Assembly: GCA_050575255.1 (NCBI GenBank)
Contig: JBNZDD010013599.1
Coordinates: forward strand, 168,003 to 232,002
Direction of reading: 5' to 3'
DNA from: Harriotta raleighana
Taxonomy: Eukaryota
DNA length: 64,000 bases
Positions 38,897 to 51,775 of this stretch are shown here, in pieces. A program made the translations under genes and the position numbers. The notes under the pieces are model-generated. The model was not told the origin of the DNA. It ran no database searches and worked only from the letters and a program-made list of their open reading frames with translations. Every line of letters begins with the position of its first letter. Within the stretch, counting starts at the first letter, position 1.

Positions 38897-41534
38897 TAAC
38901 ATGAGTTTAACAGGCATTTGTTGATTCAAAGATAAATGGAAAGAGTGAAGTAAAAGTTAAAAGAAAATGAGAACAAGTCAATGCTTTAGATTTACCTGAA
39001 GTCACACACTCAAATATTAGTTCAGCAACATTAAATAATACAAAGCAATTTTAAAACAATTATTTTTAAAACCCACCAACTTTGATAATACACCTAGGGG
39101 ATTGAGTCAACTCATCTAAGCCATGACAGCAGTAGGATATTGCCCATGTGTGCCAATATTCAAACAAAAGGACTAAAAATTAGGCATGGTACACCAGAGG
39201 GCAGTTAGAACCCAGTGAACTTTATCACAGCAAAGAGTTAAGGCCTTTAGAATTAGGAAAAATAGATATAATTGCGCCCAAATGTAAATGCACTGCAAAA
39301 AAAATTACAATTTTATTTCAAAAGTTATATATAAATATTCTGCAATCCCAAAAGCACGTTTTAAAGCGTCAGATTCTTTTTTCACTGTTCACCAAATTCT
39401 ATAAACTGATCCTGTAAGACCAACTTCCACCCCATCTTCCTACTAACCTCCTTCGTTGTTTAAAAATATGTTTCCAATATTTTAACCATTTCATAAGGAA
39501 GGAGTCCACAAGCAAATATTGGGTAGTTTCATTAAAACTCTTTAATAAAGCACATCTGCACTCACCTACACAATCTCATTTCACCAAAAGTAAAAACATA
39601 CCTAGGAAGATTTCCTTGCCTGTATGATTTCTTTTAAAAGCACCACAAGTTTATATTAATAAATGCAGCAATATAAGTTGTGAGAATCAATGAGGTTATA
39701 TCCTACAAAAAGTGCTACAAAACAGCTTCAAGTTCACTCTTACCGCTGAATGCAATAAAATCTTCCTTCAATTTTCACTCATAAGCTATTTTCTCACTCA
39801 GTTTCACTTTGTGACCGATATACAGTATAATAAGCTTAGAAAATATAGCTGAGAAAGGAGCTTTCAGTTGAGATTTTTTATAGCAAGCCTACAATTTGAA
39901 TTCCCAATTTCATTTCTACTGGGGAAAACAATATTGAGAAACAAGATACTATGACAGTGCTAGAGGTAAAATCTGTTCACTGCATCAGTCTTGTACACTT
40001 ACTAGTATCTAAATCAATCAACACTGGCAGCAATCTAGAAGGAGGTCAATCTCTCCCAGATTGCAAAGTGAGGGTTTGTGACCCAGGAAGACCTAAAAAC
40101 ATAAACATTCCAAATGGACTGGGGATAAATAAATTATTTTTACATAATTGAAACTTCATTATATAATGTTATTTGATTAAGATAAATCAATCTACAACAT
40201 CATCTGCCAGTTTCTACTGCAAAGTGGTTTAGGCACTGTACCATTCTGAGATCGATAGCATTGTACGTTTTAATAAAACAGATCAATCCAGACATCTTGG
40301 ATACACGGTAAAAAAAAGTAATTGTGCTGCCTCAGCCTATATTATTGTATAGCTGTTTCAATGCTCAGTCACTCAAACAGCAGAAACTGCTGACCATCGA
40401 TGTTTACAGTTGTTTCAGTCATGAAATGACCCTATTGCAAATCAAAACATAATAGGAAATTATACAAACAATTGTAGTACTGCACACTTCAAAAGAATTT
40501 CCAGCAACCAGTTAATTGGTTCTCACCACCAAAACAATTGGTGACATTTTTAATTTCACATTTAGCTTCACTCGGGCGTTCAGATTATCTCTCTTCTTCC
40601 ACCCCCACCCCTTACAAAATTCACTCAGATCAATGAACACAACTATAAAAATGTCAGTAAATCACATCACACATTTAACCAGGTGATGGCTGCCCTCCTT
40701 CTAGACACCTATAAATATCCAAACAGGGTCAAGTTACAGTATTTTTTCTTCACAATTCATTCATAGCAAACATAGTCTATTTTGTTGTACTTGGCCCAAT
40801 TTCTGAGTCACTGATTCAGATCTCTAAAAATGTACCCCAATAGAATTGTTCTTAATTTCTACCTCCACTTTGATTTTAAATTACCCATTTTTAAAAATCC
40901 GTGCAATATTAAATAGCAATTTATTCTCTTCCACTTACCTCTCTATCATAATCTTTGCACTCCAGGAATTTGTAGCTATTCCAAACCTACATACAACAGG
41001 TACCAACCTGATGAAGCTTAAATTAAAGCATTTGACCCCTGCAAGCCAATTCATATACAAGTTACACTGCCACAATTCAGTCTAAATCATATATAACCTT
41101 CATGTTCAAGTAAGAAATCACTAAGTTTAAGGGCATTTTTTAAAAATTGTACATTTTACACAAAGCATATTTATACAGATGACCTCAAATAAAGTAAATG
41201 TTGACACTTTAGTGTCCTGATGATTTCTTAAAGTCAGAATAGTACTTTTAAGAGAAATTGAATTGCCATCACACAAAAAGATAATAAACCTTCATAGCCG
41301 AAAAAAAACTTAATGATCAGTATAGGTATTCATAGGTAAGCATTTTGAGTAAGCAGTTACAAATTCTGCTTATAGTAATCGTTTTTACACACGTTTTTAA
41401 CTCATGAACATTTTGGTAGACGTAGAGAACATTCTAGGCTCAACACTAATGCTGTTTGTGGGCAAATACTGCAATCGTGTGATTTAGTTAAGAAGTATAC
41501 GGAGCGAATGACTCACTGTTTCACGATAATACAG

Positions 41535-41625
41535 TAATAATAATCCTTATATTTGATATAGTGCTTTACATGTCTTCTAGACGTCTCAAAGCGCTTCACA
41601 GAATACACTGTAAAGTGAATTGACT
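41535..41625 (-). mobile_element. SINE 3' tail
   Basis: reverse complement of the family tail. Confidence 0.7.
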
Positions 41626-42100
41626 GAAAACACTGATATCGACATTAATCTAAGATCTATAAGAAACGACTGCACTTAGAGAAAGACGCAATGGATGACT
41701 TCGTAATTAGATTTTTTTTAAATAAAACCAGTCGAAAAAGTCCAATGCAAGGATGTGATCGGAGCGAGTGTCCGGATTACCTCACCCCCAACTGCGCTCA
41801 TCCAACCGGGTTTGTAAACGGAAGAGTGCCGTGGGGATCGAACAGCTGCCAGACAACCCCCGGGCTGAGGGAGGGGGTGGGTGAGCTGCCAACCCTGACC
41901 ACCCGCAATAACAGCCGCCGGCCCGAAGCAGACACTCACTGCACGGTAAGTACACGTATTGCTCAGGCGGCGATGGGAGGGGGAGGAGGGGGAGGGGAGG
42001 GGGGGGGGGGGGGAANAAAATGAGCCTCCTCTCCAGTCTGTCCCCACAAACAAATAGATGAATGAATTCATTATTTTTTAATCACAATTCCCTTGTTTAC

Positions 42101-42349
42101 CTTCCTGACGCCTTTGTAAATGTAGAAGTACAGCTCCCGGCCCACATTAAAACAGATCCTGTCCCCATTGCCGGACTGGTCGTTCACATTCACGAATGAC
42201 ACCTTGACGGGGTTGGAGCCCTGGGAGTTGAAGGGCACCCTGTTGGGCCGGCTGTACTCGGAGTGGGTCAACACTTTATAAACGCCTTCCCTGGTGGTAA
42301 ACTGAGTTTTAATTTCGTTCATCTCCTTCCCTCCTCCCTCCGTCGCCAT
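42101..42349 (-). CDS. WDR20: WDR20 coding exon 1 (USP12/USP46 activator, WD40 protein)
   Basis: MATEGGGKEMNEIKTQFTTREGVYK...YKGVRK|gtaaac; 249 nt, near-identical to the vertebrate WDR20 N-terminus. Confidence 0.96.
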
Positions 42350-42500
42350 GTTGTACTTTAGGATTCATCCTATCCGAGCCCGGATGTTGCTCAGGACGCC
42401 TGCGTCGCCTTTGGCACGTTCACGGGCGGCACGTCGCGTGCGTCGGGTGCGCACGCAGCCCAGCACCCAGCAGCTGACCGGAAGGAAATGTTTGTTGTTG
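42350..42500 (-). promoter_or_regulatory. WDR20 5'UTR / CpG-rich promoter
   Basis: dense CpG cluster directly upstream of the WDR20 ATG, against a CpG-depleted background. Confidence 0.6.
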
Positions 42501-42929
42501 ACTAGACTGAAAGAGAATGAGATTTTCTCATTCTGCTGGAATTTCCACCCAGCCACCCACCCACCCATCCTCAATCAGCCAAACCATTTGTTTGGTGATG
42601 CGTAGATAGATTTAAGGTGGTGCACAATATTGAGGATTTCTTCAATTCAGACCAGAATCTTTTATTTTTCTCTGGAAAGACCACTGGCTTTCCCAATTCA
42701 GACTGGATTGAAAAATTCCCCCCCCCCCCCTCCCCCCCCACAGGCTCATAAGTTTTAAGTCAAGATGGTGTTTATATTGCTAAGATTGTGTTGAATTTCA
42801 GGCCTCTGATGTCAGCTAACAGCCAACGATTGATTGACGGTGTAAAATTCAGACGCATCACTCCTCAAATACTTGTTCAAGGATTAATTTTCTGTGCAAT
42901 ACATGATCCCATTTGAAAATGCTAATTTA

Positions 42930-43563
42930 TTTCGCCCACAAATATACAGTCAATTCACTTTACAGTATATTCTGTGAAGCACTTTGAGAAGTCGATAAGA
43001 TATGAAAAGCGCTATATCAAATGCAAGGATTATTATTATTTTTAATAATCTTTTCTTTTAATATAGCCCGTTTCACATCACTGAGACACTTTAAATCACT
43101 TCACAAGTTATACTGTAAAATGGATTGCCTGTGTATAAAAGCGACAGCAATTGCACATTGAAATATGCCACAAACAACCATGAGATGAGTGACCAATTTT
43201 ATTTTTGTGCTGTTTCATTTGATTTGCAAAGTACATTATAGCAAGGATGAAATGAGAAAAAATGATTAAATGCATCAAGCCCGTCCTTTGGATAAATTGT
43301 ACAAATTAATCTTATGATGGGCTTTATTATTTTATCAATAATCTTCCAAATTCTGCATTTCTCATTGAGCCACACTCCAGATTCAACCCTGGCTAGCAAT
43401 TGGTGTTGACAAAAGGTATTTCCATGTTCTCAATTGTATTCCATATATCTGATTACTTATAAATAATCCTTGATTTGATATAGTGCTTTTCATGTCTTTT
43501 AGATATCTCAAAGTGCTTCACAGAATATACTGTAAAGTGAATTAACTGTATATTTGCAGGCAA
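42930..43563. mobile_element. cluster of three SINE 3' fragments (+ 42930-43040, - 43043-43205, - 43461-43563)
   Basis: family core and tail motifs in alternating orientation. Confidence 0.7.
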
Positions 43564-45493
43564 AATGCTGACTTCTCTCCACATTGTAAGTTACCAATGG
43601 TCCAGTATACAGTATTTGAACTGTTCTTCTTGTGTCCTTGTGTTGATTATTATTTTCCCAAGTATAATTGCATGCAATACAAGATACTGTATTTCGGAAT
43701 TCTGATTTAGTCAAGATTTGTCATATCTGACACATACTTATTTTTAAATAAAATCCAGAAGATGGCTTCAATCTGTACCACGTGGTGTTATTATACTGAC
43801 AAGTATTTGTTCCACATAAATAAATATGAATCATCATATAAAATTAATTTCAGAATGTTCCATTTTTATATCTTAAAAGTGAAAGATTTCAAAAATCAAT
43901 GTTGTTAATTTTTATTTGCTTGTACTACTGATTTAATAATATTTTTCGATCAGGAAAACCTATACATAATGGTTGGAATTCCTAACTTTCATATATAGTA
44001 CTCATATTTTGAAAGAAATTAATGGTGATTATTCTATTGGCACCATGCAATCAGCAAACTGTAATTCTATTATATGTATGGTGGATTCACTATTTTTCTA
44101 TCAAGGCAAGTAAAATATGAAATCATGTTACATTTTCCTCAGATACTTTGTTGCTTTAGAATTTGCACCAATCTGCTGATTTACGCTTTCACCCATTCTG
44201 AGTCAGCTTCTGGAAGATTGCAAGATCAGCCTCAGAACATCTATGTGAGGATGTGTCTGCCTAGAATCTATAAGGGGTGATTCACTGTTTCTGAGTCAGG
44301 CTGTTCAATGGAGCATACCACAGTACTCAAGCGCTCCATCTCAAAAGAAAGAATATCAGTGAGATGACTTAAATTTCTCCCAAGGTAGAAGTTCACAGCC
44401 AAAAAACCACCCATCATTTTGACTGCAGATTGGAAAAAGGTGAAAGTGAATATGAAAATGGAAAATAATACATAAGTGTTAGAAATATACTGAAATAGAC
44501 TTAAAATATTCATGATTTTCTGAATTACAATCTTGTTAAAGCATAAACTGGTTTCTCTCTGCAAGCAGAAACTACCCATGGGGTTAACAATTGTCACAGA
44601 TAAATTGTTCCACTTACTGAATTTTAAATTGTCATGTGCCAGGCTGCTAAACTCTCTTAAAAAGTAAATATTATCACATATACCAAATAATAAACAGGCT
44701 AAAATATGGACCAAATTTATTTAAATCATATATAAACAAATTGCCACCAGCACAATATATTACAATATCAGAAGTATATAACAGGTAATCTACCTATCTG
44801 AACAGCTCAATCCAGTAAAACATGATAAAATTGCTTTGTTTTTCCACTCCTCCTTCCACTTCTTCTTACAGCTTTTTGTCCCAATTTGTCATTCAGTCAT
44901 GTGGTACCTTGCGTGCCATTGTGCTTGCTGATTAAGCTTGGGACACTGAACAATTGGTTCTCTGACAAATACCAAGCAGAAAATTGCTGTTCCTGAAACT
45001 CTTTACACTAAAGACATTAAATAATAATCTTTGGATTTGCTTTAGCACTTTTCATGTCTGGAGGATGTCCGAAAGCGCTCACAGGATTTACCTGAAATGG
45101 AGTGACTGTATTTGTGTGTATATGCCCATATTCATTTTTCATATCCATTTTGTGCAAAATTTCTCATTATAATACATTTTAACTATTCCACATTCAATAC
45201 TACATTGGGATGTCCTCTGGACATGAAAGGTGCTCTATAATTATAAGTTTGTTGTTGTAACATTAGTAGATAAAAATCAAAAAATAATGAAGTTATTATT
45301 CCTTGACAAAACAATTTTAAAGAGGATCTGTTTGTCAGTATCCATACTCACACTATAACCACATAACTGAAGAGCACCATCTGCTGATTGCCTGAAGTAC
45401 AAGCACAGAACTGGGTTAATCAGTGTTGAAAAATACTGTGTTTCTTTGAAGAACTCTATTAAAATGTATCAGTATATGTCATCAGCAAATATT

Positions 45494-45796
45494 TATAATC
45501 CCTGCATTTGAGAGAGCGTTTTTATCGTCTTCTAGATGCCTCAAAAGCGTTTCACAGAATATACTGGAAAGTGAATTGACTGTATATTTGTGCGTGAAAC
45601 GAGGCAGCCAATTGCGCACAGTAGTGTCCCACAAAGTCGTGGGTTGAAATGACCAATTTGTAATTTTTTTTTGAGGGATTATTATTCGACGTGTGGAGTA
45701 AGGAAACTTGCCCAAGGTTTCACCCTGACCTCCTCAAATTCAAACCAGTCTCATGCTTGTAAGGCGAGTGCTCTAACCACAAAGCTACAGGACTCC
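45494..45796 (-). mobile_element. full-length SINE
   Basis: reverse complement of the head (ggagtcctgtagc...gtggttagagcactcgcctt), core and tail. Confidence 0.85.
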
Positions 45797-46008
45797 ACAC
45801 CAAGTGTATAGAGTATACAGGAATGGACAAAGTCTAGTTATCTTTCAAAATTATGTAGCTGTTTACAAATGAATCAGTGTTTTCCTTGCCTTTGAGTGTC
45901 CAACATTAAAATGTCTACCAAGTGCTGCATAGACAATTGCTGAAGTGTCGTTACTTTGTATTTGTCGGCAAATGCAGTATACAGTATTGTTCCACAAATA
46001 GTGCCTCA

Positions 46009-46338
46009 AGGATTGTTAGCCCAGTGGTTAGAGCACTCACCTTGCAAGCGAGAGAACTGGTTTTATACCTAACAGGGTGAAATATTGGCAGGTTTCCTTA
46101 CACTACACTCCTATTTACCTAGCAGTAAGTAGGAACCCAGTTGTTAGTCGTTTGGTGAATCAATTTTCCGCTAATTCCTTAAAAAAAAATTGGTCACTCA
46201 AATCCACGACTGTTTGTGGGACACTGCAGTGCACAATTGGCTGCATGGTTCACCCACAAAATATACAGTCAATTCTCTTTATATTGAGGTGTCTCAAAGA
46301 CATGATAAGGTGCTATATCAAATACAAGAATTATTATT
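46009..46338 (+). mobile_element. full-length SINE
   Basis: cccagtggttagagcactc...ctgtttgtgggacactgc...ttattatt. Confidence 0.8.
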
Positions 46339-47168
46339 AAGAACACTGACACAAGCTATTTAATTTTACTAATAATACTTACAAATCAACATTGTTTACT
46401 GCTTGGAAAACTGAAAAATGAAAGGGTAACTGGACTTGAGGAAGATTAGACATGATCTTAAAAATGGCGCAACAGGCTCAAAGAGCTGAATAGCCTACTC
46501 CTGTTTCCATATCTATGCCTGTAATTCTTGAGTAATGTTGTAGTGTTTATTGTTATAGCAGAGGATATAGTAAACCAAAGTCCCGTCTGCCTGTTGAGGT
46601 CCCAAGCAACCATTCGAAAAGTAAAGAAAATTTACGACAGAATGCTGGTCAACAAATAAAAATGGTCATTCGTTTCACGGCTGTTTGTGGGACATTGCTG
46701 TGCACAATTATGCTGGCGTGTTTTGCCTACAAACCAATCTCTCCATTTGACCATAAATCCTGCAAAGCACTTTGAGACCACCTTCCTAAATACAGGCCTG
46801 ATGATTATTATGTACAAGCTGTACCTGTTGCATCTACACTTGCAACCAGTTCCATTTAAATGACTTTCTCTGTCGTCTGGCATTTTTATTTGTCCTTCAA
46901 AGGTTTGATCTGTGCTTCTTGGGTGTCTTTATGCCTTAAAATTAAGGAAATATATTGAACATGCTGGTATCCCGTGTTCACATATTTGCAAACAGTCTGA
47001 AAGTTAAACCCACATCATGGCTACACATCTGTCGACTCAGATTAATTAAAGCCATCTTACACGAAAGTCAAGCTCTCCACGTTCTCTCTTTTATATCTCG
47101 AATATAACACCAATCAGTAATTGCATTTTTAGTGGACACACATTTTGTCTTTTATTAGTATACATTAG

Positions 47169-47498
47169 TGGAGTCCTGTAACCCAATGATTAGGGCACTC
47201 GTCTTGCAAGTGAGAGACCTAGGTTTGATTCCTGGCAGGAGATTGGGCAAGCTTCCCTGCTCCACACGCCTGTTTACCTAGCAGTCAAATAAAACTAAGC
47301 AAGAACCCTGTTGTTTGTCGAATGAGTAATTCCTTAAAAAAAAATTGGTGACTTCAATCTATGACTAACCTGCTTCTGGCTGCTGTGTTTCACCCACAAA
47401 ATAGTCTATTCACTTTACAGTATATTCTGTGAAGCACTTTTAAGACATCACAGACGTGATAAGGCACTACATCAATTGCAAGGATTGTATTATTATTA
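47169..47498 (+). mobile_element. full-length SINE
   Basis: ggagtcctgtaacccaatgattagggcactc...ggtttgattcct...tail. Confidence 0.8.
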
Positions 47499-47625
47499 GT
47501 TGCCACTCAAAAGGTGTGTTAAAAGCTATTACTATTGTATTGTGTCAGTAAAATGTTTTGAAATGCACGCTCTGGTTTGTACAAACCACAAGTAAGGTAC
47601 TTATTGGGTTGGATTAGGTGACGTT

Positions 47626-47645
47626 CATCTGGAACTTTCTAGAGA
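47626..47645 (+). promoter_or_regulatory. distal HSE-like element
   Basis: cATCtgGAActTTCtaGAGa, about 700 bp upstream of the HSP90AA1 TATA box. Confidence 0.45.
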
Positions 47646-48099
47646 ATCTAAATGTAGATTTAAAAGGATTGGCACGGTATGTTATTACTGCATAACGATC
47701 AGCAACAGTATTTTATAACCGTTCCCAAATTAATCTACATGGTCCAAACAGATTTGTTTAAACGTTTTGTGGGGTGATGGGGGGAATGAAAGAGAAGGAG
47801 GGACAATACTTAAGAGATTTCCATGTTTGTGCTGAATGACAAAGAAAGGATTTGCAGATTATGTGACAAATCTTCCATCTGACAAATAACCGAGAGACAA
47901 TGGCGTTGGATTTAGTTCGCTGGAGCACTTTGGACTTGACGGTTCATTTGAATTGTGGTTTGACGGCGCGATTTGTTGACGTTCGCCCGCAAACTCACGC
48001 GCCAGCTTTCTCTTTTTCATACACACAAGAGGAAAAAAATCGTTAATACTTTCGGTTAACAAGGAGCCGTGTTAACTTCCTCCTCCTCCTTCTCCCGCT

Positions 48100-48335
48100 C
48101 AGAACATTCCAGCAACTTACAGTTGAGACTCAGACCCTCCCCTCCGCACTGCTGGCCTTCGTGCTGTGCGGTGCTGATTGGCTCAGCTAGCCGTCAATGG
48201 GGCGGGATCATCGGTGATAAAGGCTCTGGATTGGTCTAGACGCATGTCAATAACTGCAGCGGTCGGGAGGGGTGGGGGCTGTAGAGTTCGAGACGTTTCT
48301 GGAACAAACTGAAGTCGGGCTGAGGTATAAAAAGC
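48100..48335 (+). promoter_or_regulatory. HSP90AA1 heat-inducible core promoter
   Basis: TATAAAAA 48326-48333; HSE gTTCgaGACgtTTCtgGAAc 48286-48305; inverted CCAAT (ATTGG) at 48177 and 48230; GC box GGGGCGGG at about 48199; partial HSE aGAAcaTTCc 48101-48110. Confidence 0.85.
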
Positions 48336-48355
48336 GAATCGGCGGGTTCGCCTCG

Positions 48356-48456
48356 TGCAGTAGCGCGGAGCTGTTGGATCGTCAAGTGCTGAGAGGGAGC
48401 TCGATAGGCCTCGATCATCTTTCAAATATAATTTTCGATAGAAAATTTACAGTAAG
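48356..48456 (+). other. HSP90AA1: HSP90AA1 non-coding exon 1 (approximate)
   Basis: starts about 30 nt after the TATA box; donor AAG|GTAAAA at 48456/48457 (alternative CA|GTAAGG at 48451/48452); HSP90A genes have an untranslated exon 1 with the ATG opening exon 2. Confidence 0.55.
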
Positions 48457-48724
48457 GTAAAAACAATATATATATTTAAATATATATATATATAAACGTT
48501 GAAAGGATTTGGAGCTGGGCACGGGTGGTGATGAGGTGGTGGGGGGCAAATGTGTTGGCGTGACTTATTTTAAATTTACTAAAAACAAACACGCTGACGT
48601 ACACAATTCGATTGAAATCCTCATTTGTGTGTGTGTTTTTAAATGCAAGCCTAAAAATGTCTTGTCTTCGTTTTGTGTCGGTTATTGTTGGTGGAGGATG
48701 GTGGGCGGGGGGGGGGAGAAGTGA

Positions 48725-48739
48725 AGAATTTTCCAGAAG
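48725..48739 (+). promoter_or_regulatory. intron-1 heat shock element (perfect 3 units)
   Basis: aGAAt tTTCc aGAAg. Confidence 0.7.
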
Positions 48740-48939
48740 GCGGGAGTTGATTTGTGTCAGTCGGTGCTTGAGAAAAATTGTCACGATCGCTTTTATTTGC
48801 AAATGACTTAGTCGAGGAATTTTATAAGGGGTTGGGTTGGGGGTGGGGGGGGTTATTTTCGTCGCTTTGTACTTTAGTATGAACGACAATAACTGGCTGC
48901 CCCTGACCGAATGAAGCCGCCTTTCCTGCGCTGGGGAGG

Positions 48940-48988
48940 AGACGTTTCTAGAAGCTTGTGCCTGGGAAGGTGGGGTTCGCGCATGCGC
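48940..48988 (+). promoter_or_regulatory. intron-1 HSE plus NRF1-type palindrome
   Basis: aGACgtTTCtaGAAg 48940-48954; GCGCATGCGC 48979-48988. Confidence 0.55.
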
Positions 48989-49155
48989 CGGAGCCTCGTG
49001 TGCCCAGGACCTGACTGCAGGTTAATGCACAAGCGAAGATTGAACTGCCATCATTCCCCTCCTCCCCCAAGCCAGTTATGTTGGGAGACTTGCTTTATCG
49101 TGTCTTTAAGCGACTTATTCTTGATTCAAAACCTATAGCCCAATGGACATTCATT

Positions 49156-49266
49156 TAATAATAATAATCCTTGCCTTTAATATAGCGCTTTTCAGGTCTA
49201 TTAGACGTTTCAAAGCACCTCACAGAATGTACTGTAAAGTGAATTGACTGTATATTTGTGGGCGAA
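49156..49266 (-). mobile_element. SINE 3' fragment in HSP90AA1 intron 1
   Basis: reverse complement of the family tail, ending about 37 nt before the exon 2 acceptor. Confidence 0.75.
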
Positions 49267-49303
49267 TTTAACAGGTGTAACATTCTTTTTTGAACACGCA
49301 CAG

Positions 49304-49462
49304 ATGCCTGAGGAAGTTGCTTCTCAAGACATGGCGACGGAGGAAGAAGCCGAGACTTTTGCTTTTCAGGCAGAAATTGCCCAGTTGATGTCCCTGATCA
49401 TCAATACGTTCTACTCCAACAAAGAGATCTTTCTGAGGGAGATTATTTCTAACTCCTCTGAT
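49304..49462 (+). CDS. HSP90AA1: HSP90AA1 first coding exon (exon 2)
   Basis: cacag|ATG; [46 protein letters not shown]. The 10 joined coding exons give 2184 nt and 727 aa ending in MEEVD. Alpha-type signatures ([19 protein letters not shown]) and WDR20/DYNC1H1 synteny indicate AA1 rather than AB1. Confidence 0.95.
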
Positions 49463-49639
49463 GTAAGTCATATTCAGAGACTGAATTGTCATTTAAAATG
49501 AAATTTGTTTGTATAAAGTTTACAGATACTGGGTGGGAGAATGAGCCTTCATTCGGTTAATTCCTCAAGAAAATAAACATTCAGAAATATTTAGTATACT
49601 GTCCAGCATGTTCCAGGAAATGTACACAATGGTGTATGT

Positions 49640-50030
49640 ATTACCTTCAAACAAAATTTACATGGATTACAGCAATGCAATGGGCCACTCAGCCCAACTA
49701 GTCTGTTCTTGTGTTCATAATCCATCTGGTTCTCCACCCACTAACTTCCTCCCATACCTCTTTTTATTCCTTTCCTCCTCAATGTGTATGTCAAATGGAA
49801 ATGATGTGTGAAACAGCTAGATTGGGAGGGGAAAAAACAAGGTCATCTAGTTTGCCTTTCACCTACCTGATGGTCACATGCGCATATATCCCAAACTGCC
49901 TATTTACTACTATTATTTCCATAATGTTATTTCCTAAAAGAATACTAGTCTGTTTAAAAGAATCAACTTCCTATTTCAACCGTCTCCCTAGAGAGCCTGT
50001 TCCACTGATTCACCATTTGGAACAAGCTTG
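49640..50030 (-). mobile_element. CR1-type LINE 3' fragment in HSP90AA1 intron 2
   Basis: gggccactcagcccaactagtctg...tcaaccgtctccctagagagcctgttccactgattcacc, reverse of a CR1 3' region. Confidence 0.5.
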
Positions 50031-50084
50031 TTTCATTGTGTGAAGAGAGCTTTTCTAGATTCTGTTCAAAACTTTTTTTTAAAG

Positions 50085-50451
50085 GCACTTGATAAAATTC
50101 GCTACGAAAGCCTGACTGATCCAAGCAAGTTGGATACTGGCAAAGAATTGAAGATTGACATCACGCCAAACCTGAAGGAACGCACTATAACCATTTTGGA
50201 TACTGGTATTGGGATGACCAAAGCTGATCTCATTAACAACCTGGGTACCATTGCTAAGTCTGGAACAAAGGCCTTTATGGAAGCTTTGCAGGCAGGTGCA
50301 GATATCTCCATGATTGGCCAGTTTGGTGTTGGCTTCTATTCTGCCTATCTTGTTGCGGAAAGGGTTACTGTTATCACCAAACACTGTGATGATGAACAGT
50401 ATATTTGGGAATCATCTGCTGGAGGATCCTTCACAGTGAGACTAGATCAGG
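50085..50451 (+). CDS. HSP90AA1: HSP90AA1 exon 3 (ATP-binding N domain)
   Basis: [17 protein letters not shown]...[21 protein letters not shown]...[13 protein letters not shown]; 367 nt, AG/GT borders. Confidence 0.96.
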
Positions 50452-50749
50452 GTAAGTACAGTTTTAGGAACAAAAAGAACGTGTAATGGGCTTGAATCTG
50501 CTTTTTAAACCGTTTCAAACTAAAGAGTAAACAAAAGGTGCTGGAGTTCTTCAGCTGATTTTTTTTAAAATGCGGTGTGGTAATTCAATAATTTTTGCTT
50601 AAAATATATATTTTTTTAATTTTAAGATGAAGGATAAGTTCTATATAAATCATTTTATGCACTATTTACTCCCTCCACATCAAGAGACTTAAGTACAAAA
50701 CTTTTTTTGAAAATATAATTGCCTTTGCTTTTCATTTTGTTTTTTTAAG

Positions 50750-50883
50750 GTGAGATACTGAGTCGTGGGACTAAAGTAATCTTGTACTTGAAAGAGGATC
50801 AAATGGAATATGTAGAGGAGAAGAGGGTCAAAGAGATTGTGAAGAAACACTCTCAGTTCATTGGCTACCCAATCACACTTTAT
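50750..50883 (+). CDS. HSP90AA1: HSP90AA1 exon 4
   Basis: [13 protein letters not shown]...[14 protein letters not shown]; 134 nt. Confidence 0.95.
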
Positions 50884-51227
50884 GTAAGTGTATTTTCCAG
50901 GGAGATTTTGAAAAGGAGTTTGCAATGTCCCTGCAGTAAAGAGACAACATGCCTTTTATTTCTAATTGCTGTCTTAGAGATGCTGAAAGGTGTGTGTGTA
51001 TATATATATATAATATATATATGATGAGGTCAGAACTACATTTGGCAATGCATCCCACATACAATTGATAACATTCCTCTTGAGTCTGACTGAAGAATAA
51101 CTATGCAGAAAAGAAGTAATTAAACGTCTTCAGGACAGAACTGTTAATGAGATCAAACCAATGTTTGAATGTCAGAAAATGTAGTGGAAATGAAAGGAAT
51201 AAAACATTATTTTGACATTAAATGCAG

Positions 51228-51533
51228 GTGGAGAAAGAACGTGATAAGGAGATCAGTGATGATGAAGCAGAAGAGAAGGAAGAGAAGAAAGAAGATGCAA
51301 GTGAGGAAGACAAACCGAAAATAGAAGATGTTGGATCAGATGAAGAAGAAGATGAAAAGAAAGTGGGTGACAAGAAAAAGAAGAAGAAGATCAAGGAAAA
51401 ATACATCGACCAAGAGGAGCTGAACAAGACCAAACCACTCTGGACGAGGAATCCCGAGGACATTACCAGTGAAGAGTATGGAGAATTTTACAAGAGTTTG
51501 ACAAATGACTGGGAGGAGCACTTGGCTGTAAAG
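51228..51533 (+). CDS. HSP90AA1: HSP90AA1 exon 5 (charged linker)
   Basis: [16 protein letters not shown]...[13 protein letters not shown]...HLAVK; 306 nt. Confidence 0.95.
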
Positions 51534-51775
51534 GTAAGCTGTTATTATCTTTTAATGGTATTCGTAGCATGTTTCGCGCCTTCACAATTCCCATGTGTAA
51601 CAACAACAACTTTGATTTATATAGCGCCCTCCACGCCAGATGGCGTCTCAGAGCGCTTAAAGTAAGTATAATTACGTATAATGTAAGTGTAATTATCTGT
51701 AGAATAAACCATTTTAGGAAGAAATAGCAAATTGTATTTTTACTACTTTTGTAAGAAATTCCCTTCTCTCTACAG

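Noticed and set aside
44268-44714. 148-aa minus-strand ORF upstream of WDR20
   Set aside because: AT-rich, non-ATG start, no splice-signal or homology support.
49611-49619. STAT-type GAS motif TTCCAGGAA in HSP90AA1 intron 2
   Set aside because: A single 9-mer is expected by chance in 64 kb, and nothing in the context supports it.
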